Positions 30,057 through 40,278 are shown, counted from the first letter of the stretch. The stretch: 64,000 nt of DNA from Candidatus Bathyarchaeia archaeon (GCA_050012255.1 JBEKHN010000005.1:53337-117336); one strand, 5' to 3'. Program-made: numbers and translations. Notes: generated by a model not told the origin, from the sequence alone.

Positions 30057-30103
30057 GGGAGATATCTCCACTGCTTGCGGGGTTACGACCAACACATCAG
30101 CCT
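30057..30103. repeat. 47-bp dispersed repeat, copy B
   Basis: Matches 25084-25130. Confidence 0.7.
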
Positions 30104-30169
30104 GCCAGAAGGACGAGCGCGTTCTTGTTTGTTCTTCTCGAATTCGGTGGGATTCGTTCGAATCGATGG

Positions 30170-30937
30170 TTAAGGTTTGACTCGTCTGAAGGCGACTGTC
30201 GCGGCTGCGAAGGCGATGAGACTCTCAACTATGAGTGCTGCTATCTCGATGGGCAGAAGGGGGACGTAAACCTGCAGAAGTCCGGCTCTGAGCATGTCTG
30301 CAGCGTAGGTTAGAGGATTAGCCAATGAAACGGCTTGAATCGCGAGCGGCGCTTTTTCCAGAGGGTAGTAGACTGAACTCAGAAACATCAGAGGAGTGAA
30401 CAACACGTTGAGAATCGCGTTGAACGCCTCGTTGGATTTTATGAACACAGAAATGGCCAGCGTCAGAGAACCGAAGAAGAGAGCCCCCAACAGAAGCGAG
30501 CCGGCAATGTAGAGCACACCCTCGAATGAGATTTTTAGCCCTGCAAGCAACGGAGAGGCGATGAGAAAAACCAAGAACGCGTTCAGCATTCCCTGAAGCA
30601 TGATAGAAACCAGCTTGCTGAGTATGTACTGCCACCTGCTGAACGGCCCCACAACTATCTGCGAGAACATCGCCAGCCTTTTGTCAACCCAAAGCATCGC
30701 TCCGGCCATAGACGCGGCAAACATTATCTGCATGACCACCACTCCTGGGGCAAGAAAGAGGACGTAGCTGATCGCTCCGCTGGCAGCAATCGTTTTTGGA
30801 TCGATGATAGCTCCATAGACAAACCCGGCGACGAAGATGTAGAACAATGGGGTTACAAGCTGGACGGCCATGATGGATTTGGTTGACCAAAGGCCAGCCC
30901 TCAGGTCCCTGTACAACAGTCTAAGAAAACTGTTCAT
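30170..30937 (-). CDS. ABC-2 type permease
   Basis: YVLFLAPG, FLSSVYYP, NPLTYAAD; six TM. Confidence 0.9.
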   Translation of the reverse strand: MNSFLRLLYRDLRAGLWSTKSIMAVQLVTPLFYIFVAGFVYGAIIDPKTIAASGAISYVLFLAPGVVVMQIMFAASMAGAMLWVDKRLAMFSQIVVGPFSRWQYILSKLVSIMLQGMLNAFLVFLIASPLLAGLKISFEGVLYIAGSLLLGALFFGSLTLAISVFIKSNEAFNAILNVLFTPLMFLSSVYYPLEKAPLAIQAVSLANPLTYAADMLRAGLLQVYVPLLPIEIAALIVESLIAFAAATVAFRRVKP

Positions 30938-31889
30938 TGCGTTTCACTCCCTTCGAATTCACCATCTGAACGAACACGTCATCCAGTGATGGTTCCTCTA
31001 TCCTGAGTTCTGTTATACGCGCTCCGAGGGTCGTTGCAGCATCGATTATTCTGGGCATCACCACGTTCGCATCTTCTGCATACAACTTCAACGGCTCGTC
31101 CCTCTGCTGCGGAGGGACAATTTTCTGAACGCCAGGCAAACTCTGCAGTTTTCGGTCCAAATCGCTAGTGTACTCAGCGAAACGCAGATGAATAACGCTT
31201 ACCGCTCCAAATCTGTGCTTAACATTCTTTATCGTGTCCAAGGCCAGGATCTGTCCGTGGTTGATTATGGCGATTCTGTCACAAACGTACTCGGCTTCCT
31301 CCATTATGTGCGTCGTGAAGAAAACGGTCACACCGTTTCTCACCTTCTCGCGCACGAATTCCAAGGTTACTCTTCTGGCCTGAGGGTCCAAGCCGGTCGT
31401 GGGTTCGTCTAGAAACATGAGCCCAGAATCGTGCATGAACTCTCTCGCAACCTGCAGACGCCTTCTCTGCCCAATTGACAGTTCAGGCGCATGCGTCTTC
31501 CGCGCCTCCTCCAAACCAAACTTGTCGAGAAGAAGCTCGATCCTCTCCTTTCTCTCCTTCTTGGGCACGTTCCACAAAAGCCCGTACAGGTCAAGATTTC
31601 CTTCCACACTCAGCGCATGCTCGTAGCTCGGCTCCTGCTGCACGACGCCTATCCTAGGCCTAATCTTGCCTCCTTCAGAAACAACGTCAAACCCAAGGAC
31701 AGTGGCCTTACCGCTCGTGGGTCGCAAGAGCGTGGTCAACATCTTTATAGTCGTTGATTTGCCCGCGCCGTTTGGGCCCAGAAAACCGAAAACCTCACCC
31801 TTCTCAACGTTGAAAGAAACGTGGTCAACAGCCACAAGGCTACCATAACGCATCGTCAGTTCGCTTGTTTCAATGCAAACCTGTGGCAA
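30921..31889 (-). CDS. ABC transporter ATP-binding protein (DrrA-like)
   Basis: GPNGAGKST, LSIGQ, LDEPTTGLD, EPSLDDVF. Confidence 0.93.
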   Translation of the reverse strand: MPQVCIETSELTMRYGSLVAVDHVSFNVEKGEVFGFLGPNGAGKSTTIKMLTTLLRPTSGKATVLGFDVVSEGGKIRPRIGVVQQEPSYEHALSVEGNLDLYGLLWNVPKKERKERIELLLDKFGLEEARKTHAPELSIGQRRRLQVAREFMHDSGLMFLDEPTTGLDPQARRVTLEFVREKVRNGVTVFFTTHIMEEAEYVCDRIAIINHGQILALDTIKNVKHRFGAVSVIHLRFAEYTSDLDRKLQSLPGVQKIVPPQQRDEPLKLYAEDANVVMPRIIDAATTLGARITELRIEEPSLDDVFVQMVNSKGVKRNEQFS

Positions 31890-32185
31890 TCTACTCCACC
31901 GATGAAATCAGACTGTGGTCAGTGCTCAATAGCGTTGTGGAAAGAAGTGGTCACCGCCCATGAGGAATCGGACGAGATGTGGTCACTGGAACTACTCCAG
32001 CGTTGACTCTGCTTTGTGCCCGGAATCTAGCAGGTTGCACGTGATGATGGCCAGGTTTTTCGATGGGGCTGGTTTTGAGCTGCCGAAGGGCGGAATATTC
32101 CACTTTTTGATACATATCGGGATTTGAAAGAAATGTTATCTTGAGATTCGCGATATAAGTCCATGATGACACAGGTGTCGACGGC

Positions 32186-32422
32186 ATGAAGAAACAGAAA
32201 AAGGCCACACTGCGCAACGTTGAAACCATCGATAGTATGAAGCTCGGCTGGAAAGTCGAAAGACAAGTCCAACAGGAAATTCTACAAAAGAAGCTAATGC
32301 AATGTTTCTTAGAGCCAAGCGAGGGGCACGCGTGCATCGCCCGATACCCAGAAGCTATGCAGCCGATGATTGAGGATTTCATGCGAAAGGCAGAGAAGCA
32401 AACCAGACTCAACGGAACATAG
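32186..32422 (+). CDS. Hypothetical protein
   Basis: ORF with GGTG upstream; ends 14 bp before a GCGCGC motif. Confidence 0.35.
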   Translation: MKKQKKATLRNVETIDSMKLGWKVERQVQQEILQKKLMQCFLEPSEGHACIARYPEAMQPMIEDFMRKAEKQTRLNGT

Positions 32423-32625
32423 CGTAGTCTAGCAAGCGCGCACAACTCCTTGGCAAAACTAGTTCCTGAAGTTTTCAGATTTTTGACAGACTGCTAGGTC
32501 TTTGCTGGTTGTCGTTCTCTCTTCTTCATCTTATTGTAGAGGTGTTCAAACGACCCGTGGAGTTGTAGCCCACGACGAGTGAAAACGCGACACAGGAAAC
32601 ATTAACACGCGCGCTTTCAGTGCTT

Positions 32626-33582
32626 CTAAAGCCCTAAGGAACGGACAACGTTCTTCACGATCGTGGCGGATTCTCGGAATTCTGTCTTCTCCTTCTCGTC
32701 TAAGGGGAGTTCTATGACCTCCTTCACGCCTTCTCGGCTCAGGACCACTGGGACGCTTAGGCAGACGTCGCTGACACCGTGATAGTCTTCCAAGAGACAG
32801 GACACCGTCACCACCGCGTTCTCGTTTCGAAGTATGCTTTCCACGATCTTCGTCATTCCCAGGGCGACCGCGTAGAACGTTCTGCCCTTCCGCCTTATGA
32901 TCTCGACCCCGGCGCTTCTCACCTTCAAGAAAAGGCTGTTGAAATCTTCCATGTTGTACGGAACTTTACATATCGGGCAATAGTCTTTCAGCCTGATTCC
33001 CGCAACGTTTGCCAGGCTCCACACTGGCACTTCGCTGTCGCCGTGTTCACCGATGATGTAAGCGTGCACGTTCCTAGGGTCGACTTGAAGGTACTCGCCG
33101 AGCAGGTAGCGAAGCCGCGCCGTGTCCAAGATCGTCCCAGACCCGATCACCCTGTTCTTGGGCAGCCCGGACAGTTTGAGAGCCGCGTAAGTCATAACGT
33201 CCAGCGGGTTGGTCACCACGAGCAGGATGCACTCCTTGTTGTACCTCGTGATGCTTGGAACTATCTGCTTCAAAACCTGAAAGTTGCCGTCGGCCAGCTC
33301 TAGCCTTGACTGTTCAATCTTCTGTCCCTTGTCCACTGCGATGACCACTATGTCAGCGCCCTCACAGTCAGAATAGTCGCCTGCCCAAATCCTAGTCGGG
33401 TACGCGAAGGGTAGACCATGGTTCAGATCCATAACCTCCCCCTCAGCTCGCTCCCTGTTAACGTCTATGACCGCGATCTGAGAAGCCAACCCTCGAATCA
33501 ACAGGGAGTAGGCAAACGTCGACCCCACGAAACCCGCGCCAACAACCACGATTTTCGGACCATCAACATGCTGGGTTACCAA
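32626..33582 (-). CDS. ldh: L-lactate dehydrogenase
   Basis: GAGFVG, DLNHG, mobile loop GQKIEQSRLEL (Gln), NPLD, LDTARLR, GEHGDS. Confidence 0.85.
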   Translation of the reverse strand: MVTQHVDGPKIVVVGAGFVGSTFAYSLLIRGLASQIAVIDVNRERAEGEVMDLNHGLPFAYPTRIWAGDYSDCEGADIVVIAVDKGQKIEQSRLELADGNFQVLKQIVPSITRYNKECILLVVTNPLDVMTYAALKLSGLPKNRVIGSGTILDTARLRYLLGEYLQVDPRNVHAYIIGEHGDSEVPVWSLANVAGIRLKDYCPICKVPYNMEDFNSLFLKVRSAGVEIIRRKGRTFYAVALGMTKIVESILRNENAVVTVSCLLEDYHGVSDVCLSVPVVLSREGVKEVIELPLDEKEKTEFRESATIVKNVVRSLGL

Positions 33583-33665
33583 CCTCAACTCCTCCACTTT
33601 TCTTAAACCATCTGTCACTCTAACAGGATATCGTTGGCTGCACCTTATAAATCGACGCAAAACTC

Positions 33666-34331
33666 TCAAGCGAAGGTGAAGGCAGATCTACACAGCTTGT
33701 TTAAAACGCACAATTCACACTTAGGCTTCTTCGCATTGCAGACTCTTCTTCCAAGAAAGATAAGCAGGTCCGTTATCCTCATCCACTTCTCCCTCGGCAC
33801 AATGGTCATCAAGTCCTGTTCTATCTTCTCCGGGTCCTCATTGGCCGTAAGTCCAAGTCTTGCTGCAACTCTTCGCACGTGAGTGTCAACGGCTATTCCT
33901 TCAACAACACCGTACGCGTTCTGAAGAACTATGTTAGCCGTTTTCCTAGCAACACCGGGCAACTCAAGAATCTCCTCCATCGTCTTCGGAACGTGAGAGT
34001 TGAACATTTGAACCAGCATTTCCCCAGCGTTCTTGATGTTTCTCGCCTTGTTCCTGTAGAAGCCCGTCGACCTTATCTCCCTTTCAAGCTCAGCTAAGTC
34101 GGCTTTTGCATAGTCCTCTGCTTTCCTGTACTTCTTGAAAAGCGACTCTGTCACAATGTTAACCCTTTCATCTGTGCATTGCGCGGAAAGAATGGTAGCG
34201 ACCAGAAGCTCAATAGGGTTAGTGTAGTTCAGAGCTATCTTGGCGTCGGGAAACTCCTTCTCCAGAAGACCGATTATCCTCAACGCTCTGCGCTTGTTTT
34301 CCTTCTCCGTAAACTTTGTCTTATCCTTCAT
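33666..34331 (-). CDS. nth: Endonuclease III
   Basis: LSAQCTD, LPGVARKTA, VDTHV, C-x6-C-x2-C-x5-C. Confidence 0.95.
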   Translation of the reverse strand: MKDKTKFTEKENKRRALRIIGLLEKEFPDAKIALNYTNPIELLVATILSAQCTDERVNIVTESLFKKYRKAEDYAKADLAELEREIRSTGFYRNKARNIKNAGEMLVQMFNSHVPKTMEEILELPGVARKTANIVLQNAYGVVEGIAVDTHVRRVAARLGLTANEDPEKIEQDLMTIVPREKWMRITDLLIFLGRRVCNAKKPKCELCVLNKLCRSAFTFA

Positions 34332-34424
34332 CTTCTTGCCACTTTTCAGTGGTCTGCCTTGCCTAAAAGGTTTACAGAAAACTTTTACACTTAACTCGCT
34401 AACCTAGCTTAGAGGTGATGGCCC

Positions 34425-34574
34425 ATGGAAACCAAGCTCTCGGTTGACGGTGAAGAGATCGCCCTGAACGAATTCGTCAGCAAGATTCTCGGCGGAACCG
34501 TTGTGGGCGCAGTGACGTCCCTGCGAGGGATAAACAAAGCCTGGAAAAGAATCGAAATAAGAGTCACAAAGTGA
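34425..34574 (+). CDS. Small protein (49 aa) resembling the archaeal MobB C-terminal domain
   Basis: My translation METKLSVDGEEIALNEFVSKILGGTVVGAVTSLRGINKAWKRIEIRVTK; GAGGTGA SD. Confidence 0.7.
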   Translation: METKLSVDGEEIALNEFVSKILGGTVVGAVTSLRGINKAWKRIEIRVTK

Positions 34575-34594
34575 ACGATGATTCCTGTTTTGTC

Positions 34595-35149
34595 CTACCC
34601 GCTTGGGCTGATCTCTATTCTTGCAAACATCTCTCTCTTGGCCTTGCATATCGGGCAAACGTAGGGCGGGTCTTCGCGAAACACCACGTAACCGCACTGC
34701 CTGCAATACCATAGTTTCTTCTTCACCTCAACAGACTGGCCCTCAGCCTTCACCACAGGCGTCTTTTCAGCCGCCGTTCCCGTAGCTGCCTCTCCAGTTG
34801 CAGTTGCAGCATAGGCTCTGGCCTGCTTGTCCGCGGGTCTGCGTTCTGGAATCGGAAGGATGGGGGTCTTGCCTTCGTACAAATCCTTTCGGACGTAGAG
34901 GGCGCAGTAGCAGCATCCGTGTTCTGCAACGTCGGGGTCTCGATAGTCGCATGGACAGATTATGTCTCTGTCCAACTCGAACTTTCCCGAGGCGCGCCTG
35001 CAGGGACACGATGGGTAACCGTATCTCTCCTCGTTTCGCTTCAACCCTTCCAGCAGATCTTTGAGGAACTCAGGGTCAGGGTTTAGGTAGTAGCCGTATG
35101 TCTTGGCGTCAGCCTCGGCTCTCTGCCGGACTTTCTCAACGGTGATCAA
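34595..35149 (-). CDS. Ferredoxin:thioredoxin reductase catalytic subunit fused to rubredoxin (FDR-like)
   Basis: CPC, CPC, CYC motifs plus C-terminal CRQC...CPIC. Confidence 0.92.
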   Translation of the reverse strand: MITVEKVRQRAEADAKTYGYYLNPDPEFLKDLLEGLKRNEERYGYPSCPCRRASGKFELDRDIICPCDYRDPDVAEHGCCYCALYVRKDLYEGKTPILPIPERRPADKQARAYAATATGEAATGTAAEKTPVVKAEGQSVEVKKKLWYCRQCGYVVFREDPPYVCPICKAKREMFARIEISPSG

Positions 35150-35445
35150 AGATCCAAGGCCTCTTTTATTTTGTCTTTGCGAAAACCAGTGATCACAGTT
35201 TTATCATCAACGATCAGCGTCGGATAGCTAGGTTCTCCTCCTTTGCTGACGATGTCTTTTCTGATCTTCTCGTGGTCCTCGTCACTGGTCAGGTCAACGT
35301 CAACGTACTCGTACTCCACGTTGTTTTCATTCAGGAATCTCTTCGTCATCTTACACCAGGCACACGTGCTTATCGCGTACATCAACACCTTGTGCGTGTT
35401 GTTCTTGCCTGCGACTTTGACCTTGCTCACGTTATCACCTACCAT
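35146..35445 (-). CDS. Glutaredoxin/NrdH-like redoxin
   Basis: STCAWC, YPT, ITGF; overlaps the FTR start. Confidence 0.9.
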   Translation of the reverse strand: MVGDNVSKVKVAGKNNTHKVLMYAISTCAWCKMTKRFLNENNVEYEYVDVDLTSDEDHEKIRKDIVSKGGEPSYPTLIVDDKTVITGFRKDKIKEALDL

Positions 35446-35603
35446 TTTGCATTGAGCGTTATCATTGCCCTAGATATAACAATTTAGCTTCCTTGAATGA
35501 AGCATCGTAGATGCATACAAGATTCTCGGAAGCTTGTTTTCAGAACGCGGATGCTATCGCAGACCTTGAGAGTCTTTTCTGCCTCGAAACAATAGTTATC
35601 TTG

Positions 35604-36977
35604 CTAGGGCTGTTTCAGGTTGCTGAACGCGTTTTGAACGACTTCAGTCATTGAGGGATGAATGTGTAATCCTCTGAAGATCGGAACGAAAGTCCCGTCT
35701 CCTGAAGCCATCGCGTTGATGACTTCCTGAATCAGCATAGAAGCAAAGGGGCCGATTATGTGTGCGCCGAGGATTCTTCCAGTTTTCTGTTCAACGATGA
35801 CTTTCACGAACCCTCTTGTTTCAGCCATTGCAGCTCCCTGTGCTGTGTCTTTGTAAAAGGCTCTTCCAACCAAAATCTTGTATCCTGACTGCGAAGCCTC
35901 GGCCTCCTTCATGCCTACTGAAGCGACTTGCGGATGCGTGAAAACAGCGTGAGGCGCTGCGCCGTAATCGACCTTCACCTTGTGATTGTGCACGGAGTTG
36001 TGCCAAGCAACTTGGGCTTCATAGTTTGCAACGTGTTTGAACATTTGCTTGCCGATGGCGTCGCCGAACGCAAATATGTTCTTCTTGCGGGTTTCGAGAA
36101 ACTCGTTCACTCTCACAAATCCCATCTTGTCCAGTTCGACTCCTGTTCTTTCTGGCTTCAGCATGTCGGAGTTGGGAACTCGTCCAGCGGCTATCAGTAT
36201 AGCGTCTCCAGAAAATTCCTTGATCTGCCCACTGACTAGGCTTTTAGCTACCACTGCCTTGGTGCTGCCTTTTTCCATAACTTCAACGGCCTCGTAGTTC
36301 GTGAAAATCTCCATCCTTTTTCCCATCTCCTCTGTGAATAGCTGTGAGACCTCCGGTTCTTCGTCAGGCAAAATTCTCGAGTTTCTCTGAATCATTATTA
36401 CCTTGGTTCCTAAGCTGGAGAAGAAGTGCCCGTACTCTGCGGCGATGTACCCTCCTCCGATGACAACCATGCTCTTGGGCAGCGCCTCAAGGCTCAGCAC
36501 CGTATCGCTTGTCAAAAAGCTCACATTCTCTATTCCTTTGAGCGGAGGAACATCCGGCCTGGCCCCTGAAACGATGAAGACCTTGTCTGCTTTCACCACG
36601 TCTTCTCCCGTTTTCACCGTGTAATCCGAAACAAACTCGCCATCGCCTTTGAACCACCTGATCCTAGGGTCTTCCTCTACGGCTCTTGTCTGCCGTTCAA
36701 CATCTTCTTCAACAAGCTTGTGCATTCTCTTCATAATTCCATCAAAGTCGATGGTGTCGATCATCGCTCTTATCCCCAGTTTTTCCGCTTCATGAATCAC
36801 GCTCGCAACATCTGCAGGATAGATCAGCATCTTCGAAGGTACGCACCCACGGTTCATGCATGTTCCCCCGATCGGTCCAGACTCAACCAACGCTGTTTTC
36901 AGACCGTTTGCAACCGCGTTCGCGGCCACTATCATTCCAGAGCCTGCACCAATTACGAGAACGTCAAACTTTTCCAT
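35604..36977 (-). CDS. Pyridine nucleotide-disulfide oxidoreductase (dihydrolipoamide dehydrogenase/mycothione reductase-like)
   Basis: GAGSG, GGTCMNRGCVPSK, GGGYIAAE, HIHPSMTE. Confidence 0.9.
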   Translation of the reverse strand: MEKFDVLVIGAGSGMIVAANAVANGLKTALVESGPIGGTCMNRGCVPSKMLIYPADVASVIHEAEKLGIRAMIDTIDFDGIMKRMHKLVEEDVERQTRAVEEDPRIRWFKGDGEFVSDYTVKTGEDVVKADKVFIVSGARPDVPPLKGIENVSFLTSDTVLSLEALPKSMVVIGGGYIAAEYGHFFSSLGTKVIMIQRNSRILPDEEPEVSQLFTEEMGKRMEIFTNYEAVEVMEKGSTKAVVAKSLVSGQIKEFSGDAILIAAGRVPNSDMLKPERTGVELDKMGFVRVNEFLETRKKNIFAFGDAIGKQMFKHVANYEAQVAWHNSVHNHKVKVDYGAAPHAVFTHPQVASVGMKEAEASQSGYKILVGRAFYKDTAQGAAMAETRGFVKVIVEQKTGRILGAHIIGPFASMLIQEVINAMASGDGTFVPIFRGLHIHPSMTEVVQNAFSNLKQP

Positions 36978-37181
36978 AAAAAATCCTCAGACCACGCGTG
37001 AAAACTATCAGTGTGATGGGGCGCAGTCGTTTTTAAGGTTTCTCCGAGTCCAAACGGCGATTGACGACGCCAAAGAAAAGACGCATAGGAACAGTGTTCG
37101 CTGCAACCAGTGAAAGGCCAGCGTTTCCGAAAAGACTTTATAAAGCGTTGAACACTAGACAGAAACGCAGGTTGAAGGCGT

Positions 37182-38138
37182 ATGGAACGTGAACAGGTTT
37201 TCAAGAAGATTCTGTTTCTAACAGACGGTTCGGATCGAGCGCGCTCTGCTCAGGAACTGGCGATTCTGCTAGCTAAGAAGCTGGGTTCAGAAGTAACGGT
37301 TTTTCACGTCGTTACTCATGAACTGATGAGACCTCGCTTTAGAAACTTCTTGATGCAGGGCCGTGGCCTTTCAGACTCTGCCGACTCAGAGCCTGCTATT
37401 GTGGCTGAGAGAGAGATGCTTCATGCGCAGGGACCATCGTCTGCTGGTGCACACTATTCGGAAAGAATAGAAGATGAGCTTACCAGTATTTATCGCCAGC
37501 AGGGAGAAGATATCGTTGCTGACGCTGCGCTTGCGTTCAAAGAGGATGGTGTACATGCTGAACGGAAGGTTGTTGAACATAAGAGCGTGGCCGAAGCGGT
37601 GATAGAGGAAGTTAACAGAGAAGATTATGACTTGATAGTGATGGGACGGAACGAGCAAGAAGGGAAGGAAGCGCACTTGGGAAGTGTAGCTTATAAGGTG
37701 TCACGCCAAGCGGATATACCTGTGCTGGTCGGGGGAGAAAAACAGTCAATTTCAACGGTGCTTGTGCCACTCGACGGCTCAAAGGGTTCCGAAAACGCGC
37801 TAATGTGTGCTGCTGCTTTGTCCAAGAAACTCAACGCGAAGCTAACGTTACTTCACGTCCAAGAATCGCACCTGTTCGGCGTGCGGCCTGAAGTTTCCAA
37901 GGCTATTGGAAGAGGCATTCTAGCCGACGCTGCTGGAAAGCTTAGTGGGATGAGTTTTGAACAGAAACTAGAGTCTGGAGACCCTGCTAGAAAAATCTCA
38001 GAGATCGCCGAGAAAGAAGACTTTGATATCATAGTCATGGGGGGCAAAGGTCATAGCGATGCAAGCGGATCACTGCTTGGCAGTGTAAGCAACCATGTTT
38101 TGCATTATACGAAGCACCCAGTCCTCATCGTAAAATGA
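37182..38138 (+). CDS. Tandem universal stress protein
   Basis: Two Usp domains (TDGS/LDGS; DLIVMG; LGSV). Confidence 0.92.
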   Translation: MEREQVFKKILFLTDGSDRARSAQELAILLAKKLGSEVTVFHVVTHELMRPRFRNFLMQGRGLSDSADSEPAIVAEREMLHAQGPSSAGAHYSERIEDELTSIYRQQGEDIVADAALAFKEDGVHAERKVVEHKSVAEAVIEEVNREDYDLIVMGRNEQEGKEAHLGSVAYKVSRQADIPVLVGGEKQSISTVLVPLDGSKGSENALMCAAALSKKLNAKLTLLHVQESHLFGVRPEVSKAIGRGILADAAGKLSGMSFEQKLESGDPARKISEIAEKEDFDIIVMGGKGHSDASGSLLGSVSNHVLHYTKHPVLIVK

Positions 38139-38317
38139 GCTTAGAGTGGCGAGTAGATTAGAACTAAATAACGCTTCGCACATCAGCGCTGCATTTTGCT
38201 ACAACCAGAATATTCCGGCTGTAGAATGAGTTCGCAAAAAGTGAAATTGACAAGGGGACGACCATTAATAAACGGTTTCAGAGCAATTGTTTCGGTGCCA
38301 AGAGCCTAGAGGCGTGA

Positions 38318-38689
38318 TCAGCCTCCGTAACGCCCCAGGATGTAGAAGAGCACAAGTACCCCAGCCGCGTACGCGGTTATGAACCCAATGAACACGCCTA
38401 ATTGCGGCGCCACGTAATCTTGTGCGTACCAAGCTATCACTCCGAGGCCCGTTAGAGCTATGATGCCTGCGAGGTACTTCAAGTTCGTTTTGATTCTGAA
38501 TTTGAGCCTGCTCAGAACAAGAATAGCGGCGGCGTATCCTATCATGCAATAAAAGAACCCACCCACCTGCTGGACGCCGATCATATCCTGAAGGACATAT
38601 TGCTGTGTCCACCACACTAATACTCCTAGGCCCGCCAGAACTATGATGCCTGCGAGGTACTTCAAGTTCGCTCCAAATCCAGTACTCAT
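38318..38689 (-). CDS. Small 4-TM membrane protein made of an internal duplication
   Basis: NLKYLAGII twice; 30-bp exact DNA repeat at 38458-38487 and 38641-38670. Confidence 0.7.
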   Translation of the reverse strand: MSTGFGANLKYLAGIIVLAGLGVLVWWTQQYVLQDMIGVQQVGGFFYCMIGYAAAILVLSRLKFRIKTNLKYLAGIIALTGLGVIAWYAQDYVAPQLGVFIGFITAYAAGVLVLFYILGRYGG

Positions 38690-38817
38690 CTTCCAACCCC
38701 TTTTCATGGTATATCCATTCGCTTTCAACTAATATTTTTGACGGTTCGATCTCTGTTCCACGATTGAACCACCAAGTTCAGTGTTCTTACCGAGACAATG
38801 AAAGCGCAACGGTCGTT

Positions 38818-39432
38818 TCACTTCAGCACTGCTTCCAGTCTCTTGCTTACTTCGTTCCAGTTCACGATGCTCCAGAATGCCTCTACGAACTTCGTTCTGT
38901 CGTTTTTGTAGTCGATGTAGTACGCGTGCTCGAACACGTCGAGAACCATGAGAACCTTGTACGTGGGATAAACGTTCGTGTTGTGTTTCTCTATCTGCAT
39001 GATTAGCGGCCTGCTCGTCTGAGTGCACCTTGAAAGAGCCGCCCATCCGGAGCCTTCCACGCTGGTCGCCGTCTGCGTGAACTCCTTCTTGAATCGGTCG
39101 AAGCTTCCGAACTCTTTCTCCAACCAATCGCTTAATTTGCCCCCCGGTTTTCCTCCTGCCTTGCTCGGTGGCGCTAGGTTGCCCCAGAACAGGGAATGCA
39201 ACAGGTGTCCGCCTATGTTCCATGACAACTCTTTCAAAGTGGACTTGACGTCCAAGTCGGCGTTCTCTTTCCTCGCCTTGTCAAGCTTCTGAAGTATCGC
39301 GTTTGCGCCGTTTACGTATGCTTGATGATGTTTGTCGTGGTGTATCGTTAACTGTTCCTTGGACATGTGCGGTTCAAGGTCTGCGTAATCGTAAGGCAGT
39401 TTTGGCAAAGCGTAAAACTTGTCCTGTTCCAT
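38818..39432 (-). CDS. sod: Fe/Mn superoxide dismutase
   Basis: [31 protein letters not shown]. Confidence 0.95.
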   Translation of the reverse strand: MEQDKFYALPKLPYDYADLEPHMSKEQLTIHHDKHHQAYVNGANAILQKLDKARKENADLDVKSTLKELSWNIGGHLLHSLFWGNLAPPSKAGGKPGGKLSDWLEKEFGSFDRFKKEFTQTATSVEGSGWAALSRCTQTSRPLIMQIEKHNTNVYPTYKVLMVLDVFEHAYYIDYKNDRTKFVEAFWSIVNWNEVSKRLEAVLK

Positions 39433-39572
39433 GTCTGTTTCGCCTTTGTTACAACACTTGCTTTCCTGCAAATCTTAAATCTTTCGCCTGTTGAGCCAAC
39501 GCCAACTGCTCACTTGATGGCAGCAAAAGGGTTATATTTTCACCAGTTATCCTGTTGAATGGTGAAAAAGTT

Positions 39573-39884
39573 TTGCCGATAGACCCAGATTTTCAGAAAA
39601 ATCGCAAGGTCGTCAGTCAGCATCAGGGTCACAACGTTTGGGGGCCTGTTGAACCTCCCAAGAAGCTCGGTGTGCATGGAACAACTGTTGCAGTTGATTG
39701 GGACGTTTGCACTGGAGACGGCGTCTGCTTGGAAGTCTGCCCCGTGACAGTGTTCGATTGGGGGGACGCGTCTGGACACCCTGTTTCTGAAAAGAAGTCT
39801 GACCCTGCGAGAGAACAAGACTGCATAAAATGCATGGCATGCGAAACTCAATGCCCTACTCAAGCGATAAAGATAACTGAGTGA
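39573..39884 (+). CDS. zfx: Zinc-containing 7Fe ferredoxin (Zfx type)
   Basis: PIDPDF...HQGH...GVHG N-terminal Zn domain; CTGDGVC and CIKCMAC; GGTGA SD before TTG. Confidence 0.88.
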   Translation: MPIDPDFQKNRKVVSQHQGHNVWGPVEPPKKLGVHGTTVAVDWDVCTGDGVCLEVCPVTVFDWGDASGHPVSEKKSDPAREQDCIKCMACETQCPTQAIKITE

Positions 39885-40008
39885 ACATGGAACAACAGCA
39901 AACACTCGTTGCATTTCCTTTTTTTGGACCAAGGCCGCGGTTAACGCTGATGGTTGTACGAAAGGCTTTTTACTTTTCTCTTTAAGCTGTAGTGCATGAG
40001 GGGAAGTC

Positions 40009-40245
40009 ATGAAAGAAAAGGCTGACAGAACGTTGGATTGCTTAGGTTTGTACTGTCCTGAACCTGTTTTCAAGACGAGAATGGAACTGGATGAGTTGAA
40101 GGTCGGCGAGACGCTGGAGGTCTTGGCAGATGACCCGGCCGCAGAGTCAGACATTAGGAGCCTCGTGAAAAACTTGGAGCAAAAACTTGTAAGCGTGACC
40201 AAGAAAGGAAACGAAGTTCAAATAGTGATTAGAAAGGTTAAGTAA
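40009..40245 (+). CDS. tusA: TusA family sulfur carrier
   Basis: LDCLGLYCPEP, LADDP. Confidence 0.9.
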   Translation: MKEKADRTLDCLGLYCPEPVFKTRMELDELKVGETLEVLADDPAAESDIRSLVKNLEQKLVSVTKKGNEVQIVIRKVK

Positions 40246-40278
40246 GTAGCAGCTAAACGCGTGTCAAGTGAAAAATGC

